Assembly (NCBI RefSeq): GCF_009914755.1
Contig: NC_060942.1
Strand: one strand, 5' to 3'
DNA length: 64,000 bases
From: the human T2T-CHM13v2.0 reference genome, Homo sapiens
Below, piece after piece: positions 38,801-51,900 of the stretch. Positions within the stretch are counted from its first letter, which is position 1. Every line of letters starts with the position of its first letter. The notes below the pieces were generated by a model. That model made no database searches and had not been told where the DNA came from. It worked only from the letters and a program-made list of their open reading frames with translations. A program made the position numbers and the translations under genes.

Positions 38801-41800
38801 ACAGAGCCGTTTTGAAAGACTCTTTTGGAGTGTCTGCTAGTGGATATTTGGAGAGCATTAAGGATTTCATTGGAAACCGGAATATCTTCAGGTAAAATCT
38901 AGACAGAGGCATTCTCAGAAACTTCTTTGTAATGTGTGTCCTCAACTAACAGTGTACAACCTATCTTTTGATACAGCACGTTGGAAACACTCTTTTTATA
39001 GAATCTGCAATTGGATAGTTGGATAGCTCTAACGATTTCGTTGGAAACGGGAATACCTTCATATAAAATCTAGACAGTGGCACTCTCAGAAACTGCTTTG
39101 TGATATCTGCATTCAAGCCACAGAGTTGAACATTTCCCTTCCTAAAGCAGGTTTGAAACACTCGTTTTGTCGTATCTGGAAGTGGACATTTGGAGCACTT
39201 TGACACCTTTGGTGAAAAAGGAAATGTCTTCCCGTCAAAACTAGACAGAAGCATTCTAAGAAACATTTTTGAGATATATGTACTCAACTAACAGAGTTGA
39301 ACCTTCCTCTTTATAGATCAGTTTTGGAAAGCTCTTTATGTGGAATCTGCAAGTGGATATTCGGATAGCTCTGAGGATATCGCTGGAGACGGGAATACAT
39401 AAAGAAAGTAGACAGCAGCATTCTCGGGAGATTCTTTGTGATGTTTGCTTTTAAGTCACAGAGTTGAATATTCCCTTCAATAGAGCAGGTTTGAAACACT
39501 CTTTCTGTAGTATCTGGAAGTGGACATTTCGATCGATTTCAGGCCTATGTTGAAAAAGGAAATATCGTAACATAAAAAATAGACAGAAGCATTCTCAGAA
39601 ACGTCTTTGTGATGTGTGTCCTCAACTAACAGAGTTCAACATTTCTTATGATACAGCAGTTTGGAAACACTCTTTTTATAGAATTTGCAAGTTGATACAT
39701 GGATAGCCCTAACTATTTCGTTGGAAACGGGAATATCTTCATATAAAACCGAGACAGAAGCACTCTCAGTAACTACTTTGTGATATCTGCGTTGATATCA
39801 GAGAGTTGAATATTCCCTTTCTAAGGGCAGGCTTGAAAGCGTCTTTTCGTGGAATCTGCAGGAGGATATTTGGATAGCTTTGAGGGTTACGTTGGAAACG
39901 GGATTACATATACAAAGTAGACAGCAGCATTCTCAGAAGCTTCTTTATGATGTTTGCGTTTAAGTCACAGAGTTGAACGTTCCCTTTCATAGAGCAGGTT
40001 TCAAACCCTCTTTCTGCAGTATCTGGAATTGGACATTTCGAGCGCTTTCAGGCCTATGGTGAACAAGGAAATATCTTCCCATGCAAACTAGACAGAAGCA
40101 TTCGCAGAAACTTGTTTGTGATGTGTGTCCTCAACTCACAGAGTTGAACATTTCGTATGACAGAGCAGTTTGGAAACACGATTTTTGCAGAATCTGCAAG
40201 TGGATATTTGGATGGCTTTGTGGATTTCGTTGAAAACGGGAGTATCTTCATAGACAACCTAGACAGTAACATTCTCAGAAACGGCTTTGTGATATCCGCA
40301 TTCACGTCACAGAGTTGAACTTTCCCTCTCATAGAGCAGGCTTGAAACACACTTTCTGTAGTATCTGGATGTGGGCACTTGGAGCGCTTGGACGCTTATG
40401 GTGAAAAAGGAAATATCGTCCCATAAAAACTAGACAGAAGCATTCTCACAAACTGCTTTGTGACGTATGTCTTCAACTAACAGAGTTGAACATTTCTATT
40501 CACAGAGCCGTTTTGAAAGACTCTTTTGGAGTGTCTGCTAGTGGATATTTGGAGAGCTTTAAGGATTTCATTGGAAACCGGAATATCTTCAGGTAAAATC
40601 TAGACAGAGGCATTCTCAGAAACTTCTTTGTAATGTGTGTCCTCAACTAACAGTGTACAACCTATCTTTTGATACAGCACGTTGGAAACACTCTTTTTAT
40701 AGAATCTGCAAGTGGATAGTTGGATAGCTCTAATGATTTCGTTGGAAACGGGAAGACCTTCATATAAAATCTAGACAGTTTCACTCTCAGAAACTGCTTT
40801 GTGATATCTGCATTCAAGCCACAGAGTTGAACATTTCCCTTCCTAAAGCAGGTTTGAAACACTCGTTTTGTCGTATCTGGAAGTGGACATTTGGAGCACT
40901 TTGACGCCTTTGGTGAAAAAGGAAATGTCTTCCCGTCAAAACTAGACAGAAGCATTCTAAGAAACATTTTTGAGATATATGTACTCAACTAACAGAGTTG
41001 AACCTTCCTCTTTATAGATCAGTTTTGGAAAGCTCTTTATGTGGAATCTGCAAGTGGATATTCGGATAGATCTGAGGATTTCGCTGGAGACGGGATTACA
41101 TAAAGAAAGTAGACAGCAGCATTCTCGGGAGATTCTTTGTGATGTTTGCTTTGAAGTCACAGAGTTGAATATTCCCTTCAATAGAGCACGTTTGAAACAC
41201 TCTTTCTGTAGTATCTGGAAGTGGACATTTCGATCGATTTCAGGCCTATGTTGAAAAAGGAAATATCGTAACATAAAGCTAGACAGAAACATTCTCAGAA
41301 ACGTCTTTGTGATGTGTGTCCTCAACTAACAGAGTTCAGCCTTTCTTATGATACAGCAGTTTGGAAACACTCTTTTTATAGAATTTGCAAGTTGATACAT
41401 GGATAGCCCTAACTATTTCGTTGCAAACGGGAATATCTTCATATAAAACCTAGACAGAAGCACTCTCAGAAACTACTTTGTGTTATCTGCATTGATATCA
41501 GAGAGTTGAATATTCCCTTTCTAAGGGCAGGCTTGAAAGCGTCTTTTCGTGGAATCTGCAGGAGGATATTTGGATAGCTTTGAGGGTTACGTTGGAAACG
41601 GGATTACATATACAAAGTAGACAGCAGCATTCTCAGAAGCTTCTTTATGATGTTTGCGTTTAAGTCACAGAGTTGAACGTTCCCTTTCATAGAGCAGGTT
41701 TCAAACCCTCTTTCTGCAGTATCTGGAAGTGGACATTTCGAGCGCTTTCAGGCCTATGGTGAACAAGGAAATATCTTCCCATGCAAACTAGACAGAAGCA

Positions 41801-44800
41801 TTCGCAGAAACTTGTTTGTGATGTGTGTCCTCAACTCACAGAGTTGAACATTTCGTTTGACAGAGCAGTTTGGAAACACGATTTTTGCAGAATCTGCAAG
41901 TGGATATTTGGATGGCTTTGTGGATTTCGTTGGAAACGGGAGTATCTTCATAGACAACCTAGACAGTAACATTCTCAGAAACGGCTTTGTGATATCCGCA
42001 TTCACGTCACAGAGTTGAACTTTCCCTCTCATAGAGCAGGCTTGAAACACACTTTCTGTAGTATCTGGATGTGGGCACTTGGAGCGCTTGGACGCTTATG
42101 GTGAAAAAGGAAATATCGTCCCATAAAAACTAGACAGAAGCATTCTCACAAACTGCTTTGTGACTTATGTCTTCAACTAACAGAGTTGAACATTTCTATT
42201 CACAGAGCCGTTTTGAAAGACTCTTTTGGAGTGTCTGCTAGTGGATATTTGGAGAGCATTAAGGATTTCATTGGAAACCGGAATATCTTCAGGTAAAATC
42301 TAGACAGAGGCATTCTCAGAAACTTCTTTGTAATGTGTGTCCTCAACTAACAGTGTACAACCTATCTTTTGATACAGCACGTTGGAAACACTCTTTTTAT
42401 AGAATCTGCAATTGGATAGTTGGATAGCTCTAACGATTTCGTTGGAAACGGGAATACCTTCATATAAAATCTAGACAGTGGCACTCTCAGAAACTGCTTT
42501 GTGATATCTGCATTCAAGCCACAGAGTTGAACATTTCCCTTCCTAAAGCAGGTTTGAAACACTCGTTTTGTCGTATCTGGAAGTGGACATTTGGAGCACG
42601 TTGACACCTTTGGTGAAAAAGGAAATGTCTTCCCGTCAAAACTAGACAGAAGCATTCTAAGAAACATTTTTGAGATATATGTACTCAACTAACAGAGTTG
42701 AACCTTCCTCTTTATAGATCAGTTTTGGAAAGCTCTTTATGTGGAATCTGCAAGTGGATATTCGGATAGCTCTGAGGATATCGCTGGAGACGGGAATACA
42801 TAAAGAAAGTAGACAGCAGCATTCTCGGGAGATTCTTTGTGATGTTTGCTTTTAAGTCACAGAGTTGAATATTCCCTTCAATAGAGCAGGTTTGAAACAC
42901 TCTTTCTGTAGTATCTGGAAGTGGACATTTCGATCGATTTCAGGCCTATGTTGAAAAAGGAAATATCGTAACATAAAAAATAGACAGAAGCATTCTCAGA
43001 AACGTCTTTGTGATGTGTGTCCTCAACTAACAGAGTTCAACATTTCTTATGATACAGCAGTTTGGAAACACTCTTTTTATAGAATTTGCAAGTTGATACA
43101 TGGATAGCCCTAACTATTTCGTTGGAAACGGGAATATCTTCATATAAAACCGAGACAGAAGCACTCTCAGTAACTACTTTGTGATATCTGCGTTGATATC
43201 AGAGAGTTGAATATTCCCTTTCTAAGGGCAGGCTTGAAAGCGTCTTTTCGTGGAATCTGCAGGAGGATATTTGGATAGCTTTGAGGGTTACGTTGGAAAC
43301 GGGATTACATATACAAAGTAGACAGCAGCATTCTCAGAAGCTTCTTTATGATGTTTGCGTTTAAGTCACAGAGTTGAACGTTCCCTTTCATAGAGCAGGT
43401 TTCAAACCCTCTTTCTGCAGTATCTGGAATTGGACATTTCGAGCGCTTTCAGGCCTATGGTGAACAAGGAAATATCTTCCCATGCAAACTAGACAGAAGC
43501 ATTCGCAGAAACTTGTTTGTGATGTGTGTCCTCAACTCACAGAGTTGAACATTTCGTATGACAGAGCAGTTTGGAAACACGATTTTTGCAGAATCTGCAA
43601 GTGGATATTTGGATGGCTTTGTGGATTTCGTTGAAAACGGGACTATCTTCATGGACAACCTAGACAGTAACATTCTCAGAAACGGCTTTGTGATATCCGC
43701 ATTCACGTCACAGAGTTGAACTTTCCCTCTCATAGAGCAGGCTTGAAACACACTTTCTGTAGTATCTGGATGTGGGCACTTGGAGCGCTTGGACGCTTAT
43801 GGTGAAAAAGGAAATATCGTCCCATAAAAACTAGACAGAAGCATTCTCACAAACTGCTTTGTGACGTATGTCTTCAACTAACAGAGTTGAACATTTCTAT
43901 TCACAGAGCCGTTTTGAAAGACTCTTTTGGAGTGTCTGCTAGTGGATATTTGGAGAGCTTTAAGGATTTCATTGGAAACCGGAATATCTTCAGGTAAAAT
44001 CTAGACAGAGGCATTCTCAGAAACTTCTTTGTAATGTGTGTCCTCAACTAACAGTGTACAACCTATCTTTTGATACAGCACGTTGGAAACACTCTTTTTA
44101 TAGAATCTGCAAGTGGATAGTTGGATAGCTCTAATGATTTCGTTGGAAACGGGAAGACCTTCATATAAAATCTAGACAGTTTCACTCTCAGAAACTGCTT
44201 TGTGATATCTGCATTCAAGCCACAGAGTTGAACATTTCCCTTCCTAAAGCAGGTTTGAAACACTCGTTTTGTCGTATCTGGAAGTGGACATTTGGAGCAC
44301 TTTGACGCCTTTGGTGAAAAAGGAAATGTCTTCCCCTCAAAACTAGACAGAAGCATTCTAAGAAACATTTTTGGGATATATGTACTCAACTAACAGAGTT
44401 GAACCTTCCTCTTTATAGATCAGTTTTGGAAAGATCTTTATGTGGAATCTGCAAGTGGATATTCGGATAGATCTGAGGATTTCGCTGGAGACGGGAATAC
44501 ATAAAGAAAGTAGACAGCAGCATTCTCGGGAGATTCTTTGTGATGTTTGCTTTTAAGTCACAGAGTTGAATATTCCCTTCAATAGAACAGATTTGAAACA
44601 CTCTTTCTGTAGTATCTGAAAGTGGACATTTCGATCGATTTCAGGGCTATGTTGAAAAAGGAAATATCGTAACATAAAAACTAGACAGAAGCATTCTCAG
44701 AAACGTCTTTGTGATGTGTGTCCTCAACTAACAGAGTTCAACCTTTCTTATGATACAGCAGTTTGGAAACACTCTTTTTATAGAATTTGCAAGTTGATAC

Positions 44801-47800
44801 ATGGATAGCCCTAACTATTTCGTTGGAAACGGGAATATCTTCATAGAAAACCTAGACAGAAACACTCTCAGAAACTACTTTGTGATATCTGCGTTGATAT
44901 CAGAGAGTTGAATATTCCCTTTCTAAGGGCAGGCTTGAAAGCGTCTTTGCGTGGAATCTGCAGGAGGATATTTGGATAGCTTTGAGGGTTACGTTGGAAA
45001 CGGGATTACATATACAAAGTAGACAGCAGCATTCTCAGAAGCTTCTTTATGATGTTTGCGTTCAAGTCACAGAGTTGAACGTTCCCTTTCATAGAGCAGG
45101 TTTCAAACCCTCTTTCTGCAGTATCTGGAAGTGGACATTTCGAGGGCTTTCAGGCCTATGGTGAACAAGGAAATATCTTCCCATGCAAACTAGACAGAAG
45201 CATTCGCAGAAACTTGTTTGTGATGTGTGTCCTCAGCTCACAGAGTTGAACATTTCGTATGACAGAGCAGTTTGGAAACACGATTTTTGCAGAATCTGCA
45301 AGTGGATATTTGGATGGCTTTGTGGATTTCGTTGGAAACGGGAGTATCTTCATAGACAACCTAGACAGTAACATTCTCAGAAATGGCTTTGTAATATCCG
45401 CATTCACGTCACAGAGTTGAACTTTCCCTCTCATAGAGCAGGCTTGAAACACACTTTCTGTAGTATCTGGATGTGGGCACTTGGAGTGCTTGGACGCTTA
45501 TGGTGAAAAAGGAAATATCGTCCCATAAAAACTAGACAGAATCATTCTCACAAACTGCTTTGTGACGTATGTCTTCAACTAACAGAGTTGAACATTTCTA
45601 TTCACAGAGCCGTTTTGAAAGACTCTTTTGGAGTGTCTGCTAGTGGATATTTGGAGAGCTTTAAGGATTTCATTGGAAACCGGAATATCTTCAGGTAAAA
45701 TCTAGACAGAGGCATTCTCAGAAACTTCTTTGTAATGTGTGTCCTCAACTAACAGTGTACAACCTATCTTTTGATACAGCACGTTGGAAACACTCTTTTT
45801 ATAGAATCTGCAAGTGGATAGCTGGATAGCTCTAATGATTTCGTTGGAAACGGGAAGACCTTCATATAAAATCTAGACAGTGGCACTCTCAGAAACTGCT
45901 TTGTGATATCTACATTCAAGCCACAGAGTTGAACATTTCCCTTCCTAAAGCAGGTTTGAATCACTCGTTTTGTCGTATCTGGAAGTGGACATTTGGAGCA
46001 CTTTGACGCCTTTGGTGAAAAAGGAAATGTCTTCCCGTCAAAACGAGACAGAAGCATTCTAAGAAACATTTTTGGGATATATGTACTCAACTAACAGAGT
46101 TGAACCTTCCTCTTTATAGATCAGTTTTGGAAAGCTCTTTACGTGGAATCTGCAAGTGGATATTCGGATAGATCTCAGGATTTCGCTGGAGACGGGAATA
46201 CATAAAGAAAGTAGACAGCAGCATTCTCGGGAGATTCTTTGTGATGTTTGCTTTTAAGTCACAGAGTTGAATATTCCCTTCAATAGAGCAGATTTGAAAC
46301 ACTCTTTCTGTAGTATCTGAAAGTGGACATTTCGATCGATTTCAGGGCTATGTTGAAAAAGGAAATATCGTAACATAAAAACTAGACAGAAGCATTCTCA
46401 GAAACGTCTTTGTGATGTGTGTCCTCAACTAACAGAGTTCAACCTTTCTTATGATACAGCAGTTTGGAAACACTCTTTTTATAGAATTTGCAAGTTGATA
46501 CATGGATAGCCCTAACTATTTCGTTGGAAACGGGAATATCTTCATAGAAAACCGAGACAGAAGCACTCTCAGAAACTACTTTGTGATATCTGCGTTGATA
46601 TCAGAGAGTTGAATATTCCCTTTCTAAGGGCAGGCTTGAAAGAGTGTTTTCGTGGAATCTGCAGGAGGATATTTGGATAGCTTTGAGGGTTACGTTGGAA
46701 ACGGGATTACATATACCAAGTAGACAGCAGCATTCTCAGAAGCTTCTTTATGATGTTTGCGTTTAAGTCACAGAGTTGAACGTTCCCTTTCATAGAGCAG
46801 GTTTCAAACCCTCTTTCTGCAGTATCTGGAAGTGGACATTTCGAGCGCTTTCAGGCCTATGGTGAACAAGGAAATATCTTCCCATGCAAACTAGACAGAA
46901 GCATTCGCAGAAACTTGTTTGTGATGTGTGTCCTCAACTCACAGAGTTGAACATTTCGTTTGACAGAGCAGTTTGGAAACACGATTCTTGTAGAATCTGC
47001 AAGTGGATATTTGGATGGCTTTGTGGATTTCGTTGGAAACGGGAGTATCTTCATAGACAACCTAGACAGTAACATTCTCAGAAACGGCTTTGTGATATCC
47101 GCATTCACGTCACAAGTTGAACATTCCCTCTCATAGGGCAGGCTTGAAACACACTTTCTGTAGTATCTGGTTGTGGGCACTTGGAGCGCTTGGACGCTTA
47201 TGGTGAAAAAGGAAATATCGTCCCATAAAAACTAGACAGAAGCATTCTCACAAACTGCTTTGTGATGTATGTCTTCAACTAACAGAGTTGAACATTTCTA
47301 TTCACAGAGCAGTTTTGAAAGACTCTTTTGGAGTGTCTGCTATTGGATATTTGGAGAGCTTTAAGGATTTCATTGGAAACCGTAATATCTTCAGGTAAAA
47401 TCTAGACAGAGGCATTCTCAGAAACTTGTTTGTAATGGGTGTCCTCAACTAACAGTGTACAACCTATCTTTTGATACAGCACGTTGGAAACACTCTTTTT
47501 ATAGAATCTGCAAGTGGATAGTTGGATAGCTCTAACGATTTCGTTGGAAACGGGAAGGCCTTCATATAAAATCTAGGCAGTGGCACTCTCAGAAACTGCT
47601 TTGTGATATCTGCATTCAAGCCACAGAGTTGAACATTTCCCTTCCTAAAGCAGGTTTGAAACACTCGTTTTGTCGTATCTGGAAGTGGACATTTGGAGCA
47701 CTTTGACACCTTTGGTGAAAAAGGAAATGTCTTCCCGTCAAAACTAGACAGAAGCATTCTAAGAAACATTTTTGGGATATATGTACTCAACTAACAGATT

Positions 47801-48950
47801 TGAACCTTCCTCTTTATAGATCAGTTTTGGAAAGCTCTTTACGTGGAATCTGCAAGTGGATATTCGGATAGATCTGAGGATTTCGCTGGAGACGGGAATA
47901 CATAAAGAAAGTAGACAGCAGCATTCTCGGGAGATTCTTTGTGATGTTTGCTTTTAAGTCACAGAGTTGAATATTCCCTTCAATAGAGCAGGTTTGAAAC
48001 ACTCTTTCTGTAGTATCTGGAAGTGGACATTTCGATCGATTTCAGGCCTATGTTGAAAAAGGAAATATCGTAACATAAAAACTAGACAGAAGCATTCTCA
48101 GAAACGTCTTTGTGATGTGTGTCCTCAACTAACAGAGTTCAACCTTTCTTATGATACAGCAGTTTGGAAATACTCTTTTTATAGAATTTGCAAGTTGATA
48201 CATGGATAGCCCTAACTATTTCGTTGGAAACGGGAATATCTTCATATAAAACCTAGACAGAAGCTCTCTCAGAAACTACTTTGTGATATCTGCGTTGATA
48301 TCAGAGAGTTGAATATTCCCTTTCTAAGGACAGGCTTGAAAGCGTCTTTTCGTGGAATCTGCAGGAGGATATTTGGATAGCTTTGAGGGTTACGTTGGAA
48401 ACGGGATTACATATACAAAGTAGACAGCAGCATTCTCAGAAGCTTCTTTATGATGTTTGCGTTTAAGTCACAGAGTTGAACGTTCCCTTTCATAGAGCAG
48501 GTTTCAAACCCTCTTTCTGCAGTATCTGGAAGTGGACATTTCGAGCGCTTTCAGGCCTATGGTGAACAAGGAAATATCTTCTCATGCAAACTAGACAGAA
48601 GAATTCGCAGAAACTTGTTTGTGATGTATGTCCTCAACTCACAGAGTTGAACATTTCGTTTGACAGAGCAGTTTGGAAACACGATTCTTGTAGAATCTGC
48701 AAGTGGATATTTGGATGGCTTTGTGGATTTCGTTGGAAACGGGAGTATCTTCATAGACAACCTAGACAGTAACATTCTCAGAAATGGCTTTGTGATATCC
48801 GCATTCACGTCACAGAGTTGAACATTCCCTCTCATAGAGCAGGCTTGAAACACACATTCTGTAGTATCTGGATGTGGGCACTTGGAGTGCTTGGACGCTT
48901 ATGGTGAAAAAGGAAATATCGTCCCATAAAAACTAGACAGAAGCATTCTC
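20900..48950 (+). repeat. HOR haplotype block 2
   Basis: Shared markers: CCCTCTCATAGAGCAGGCTTG (G), GGAGTGTCTG (H), CACTCGTTTT and CCCGTCAAAA (J), AACCTTCCTC and TTCGCTGGAG (A), ATATCGTAAC (B). Confidence 0.85.
34000..44200 (+). repeat. Super-HOR: three tandem copies of a 3401-bp 2-HOR (20-mer) unit
   Basis: Private variants recur at 3401-bp spacing: ATAAAGCTAGACAGAAAC with a 1-bp deletion (~34471, 37872, 41273), GAGGATATCGCTGG (~35972, 39373, 42774) and AGACAGTTTCACTC (~37372, 40773, 44174). Identical ORFs lie at 34155/37556/40957. Confidence 0.93.
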
Positions 48951-51900
48951 AGAAACTGCTTTGTGACGTATGTCTTCAACTAACAGAGTGGAACATTTCT
49001 ATTCACAGAGCAGTTTTGAAAGACTCTTTTGGAGTATCTGCTAGTGGATATTTGGAGAGCTTTAAGGATTTCATTAGAAACCAGAGTATTTCAGGTAAAA
49101 TCTAGACAGAGGCATTCTCAGAAACTTCTCTGTAATGTGTGTCCTCAACTAACAGTGTACAACCTATCTTTTGATACAGCACGTTGGAAACACTCTTTTT
49201 ATAGAATCTGCAAGTGGATAGTTGGATAGCTCCAACGATTTCGTTGGAAACGGGAATACCTTCCTATAAAATCTAGACAGTGGCACTCTCAGAAACTGCT
49301 TTGTGATATCTGCATTCAAGCCACAGAGTTGGACATTTCCCTTCCTAAAGCAGGTTTGAAACACTCTTTTTGTCGTATCTGGAAGTGGACATTTGGAGCA
49401 CTTTGACGCCTTTGGTGAAAAAGGAAATGTCTTCCCATCAAAACTAGACAGAAGCATTCTAAGAAACATTTTTGGGATATATATACTCAACTAACAGAGT
49501 TGAACCTTTCTCTTTATAGATCAGTTTTGGAAAGCTCTTTATGTGGAATCTGCAGATGGATATTCGGGTAGCTCTGAGGATTTCGTTGGAGACGGGAATA
49601 CATTAAGAAAGTAGACAGCAGCATTCTCAGGAGATTCTTTCTGATGTTTGCTTCTAAGTCACAGAGTTGAATATTCCCTTCAATAGAGCAAGTTTGAAAC
49701 ACTCTTTCTGTAGTATCTGGAAGTGGACATTTCGATCGATTTCAGGCCTATGTTGAAAAAGGAAATATCTTAACATAAAAACTAGACAGAAGCATTCTCA
49801 GAAACGTCGTTGTGATGTGTGTCCTCAACTAACAGAGTTCAACCTTTCTTATGATACGGCAGTTTGGAAACACTCTTTTTATAGAATTTGCAAGTTGATA
49901 CATGGATAGCCCTAACTATTTCGTTGGAAACGGGAATATCTTCATATAAAACCTAGACAGAAGCACTCTCAGAAACTACTTTGTGATATCTGCATTGATA
50001 TCAGAGAGTTGAATATTCCCTTTCTAAGGGCAGGCTTGAAAGCGTCTTTTCGTGGAATCTGCAGGAGGATATTTGGATAGCTTTGAGGGTTACGTTGGAA
50101 ACGGGATTGCATATACAGAGTAGACAGCAGCATTCTCAGAAGCTTCTTTGTGATGTTTGCGTTTAAGTCACAGAGTTGAACGTTCCCTTTCATAGAGCAG
50201 GTTTCAAACCCTCTTTCTGCAGTATCTGGAAGTGGACATTTCGAGCGCTTTCAGGCCTTTGGTGAACAAGGAAATATCTTCCCAAGCAAACTAGACAAAA
50301 GCATTCGCAGAAACTTGTTTGTGATGTGTGTCCTCAACTCACAGAGTTGAACATTTCGTTTGACAGAGCAGTTTGGAAACACGATTTTTGTAGAATCTGC
50401 AAGTGGATATTTGGATGGCTTTGTGGATTTCGTTGGAAACGGGAGTATCTTCATAGACAACCTAGACAGTAACATTCTCAGAAACTGCTTTGTGATATCT
50501 GCATTCACGTCACAGAGTTGAACATTCCCTTTCATAGAGCAGGTTTGAAACACACTTTCTGTAGTATCTGGATGTGGGCACTTGGAGCACTTGGACGCTT
50601 ATGGTGAAAAAGGACATATCATCCCATAAAAACTGGACAGAAGCATTCTCACAAACTGCTTTGTGACGTATGTCTTCAACTAACAGAGTAGAACATTTCT
50701 ATTCACAGAGCAGTTTTGAAAGACTCTTTTGGAGTATCTGCTAGTGGATATTTGGAGAGCTTTAAGGATTTCATTGGAAACCGTAATATCTTCAGGTAAA
50801 ATCTAGACAGAGGCATTCTCAGAAACTTGTTTGTAATGGGTGTCCTCAACTAACAGTGTACAACCTATCTTTTGATACAGCACGTTGGAAACACTCTTTT
50901 TATAGAATCTGCAAGTGGATAGTTGGATAGCTCTAACGATTTCGTTGGAAACGGGAAGGCCTTCATATAAAATCTAGGCAGTGGCACTCTCAGAAACTGC
51001 TTTGTGATATCTGCATTCAAGCCACAGAGTTGAACATTTCCCTTCCTAAAGCAGGTTTGAAACACTCGTTTTGTCGTATCTGGAAGTGGACATTTGGAGC
51101 ACTTTGACGCCTTTGGTGAAAAAGGAAATGTCTTCCCGTCAAAACTAGACAGAAGCATTCTAAGAAACATTTTTGGGATATATGTACTCAACTAACAGAT
51201 TTGAACCTTCCTCTTTATAGATCAGTTTTGGAAAGCTCTTTACGTGGAATCTGCAAGTGGATATTCGGATAGATCTGAGGATTTCGCTGGAGACGGGAAT
51301 ACATAAAGAAAGTAGACAGCAGCATTCTCGGGAGATTCTTTGTGATGTTTGCTTTTAAGTCACAGAGTTGAATATTCCCTTCAATAGAGCAGGTTTGAAA
51401 CACTCTTTCTGTAGTATCTGGAAGTGGACATTTCGATCGATTTCAGGCCTATGTTGAAAAAGGATATATCGTAACATAAAAACTAGACAGAAGCATTCTC
51501 AGAAACGTCTTTGTGATGTGTGTCCTCAACTAACAGAGTTCAACCTTTCTTATGATACAGCAGTTTGGAAATACTCTTTTTATAGAATTTGCAAGTTGAT
51601 ACATGGATAGCCCTAACTATTTCGTTGGAAACGGGAATATCTTCATATAAAACCTAGACAGAAGCTCTCTCAGAAACTACTTTGTGATATCTGCGTTGAT
51701 ATCAGAGAGTTGAATATTCCCTTTCTAAGGGCAGGCTTGAAAGCGTCTTTTCGTGGAATCTGCAGGAGGATATTTGGATAGCTTTGAGGGTTACGTTGGA
51801 AACGGGATTACATATACAAAGTAGACAGCAGCATTCTCAGAAGCTTCTTTATGATGTTTGCGTTTAAGTCACAGAGTTGAACGTTCCCTTTCATAGAGCA

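Noticed and set aside
46857-47180. Novel-looking 107-aa ORF start (MPTTRYY...)
   Set aside because: It is produced by a private 1-bp deletion (CACAAGTTG at ~47114) that shifts the frame in one HOR copy.
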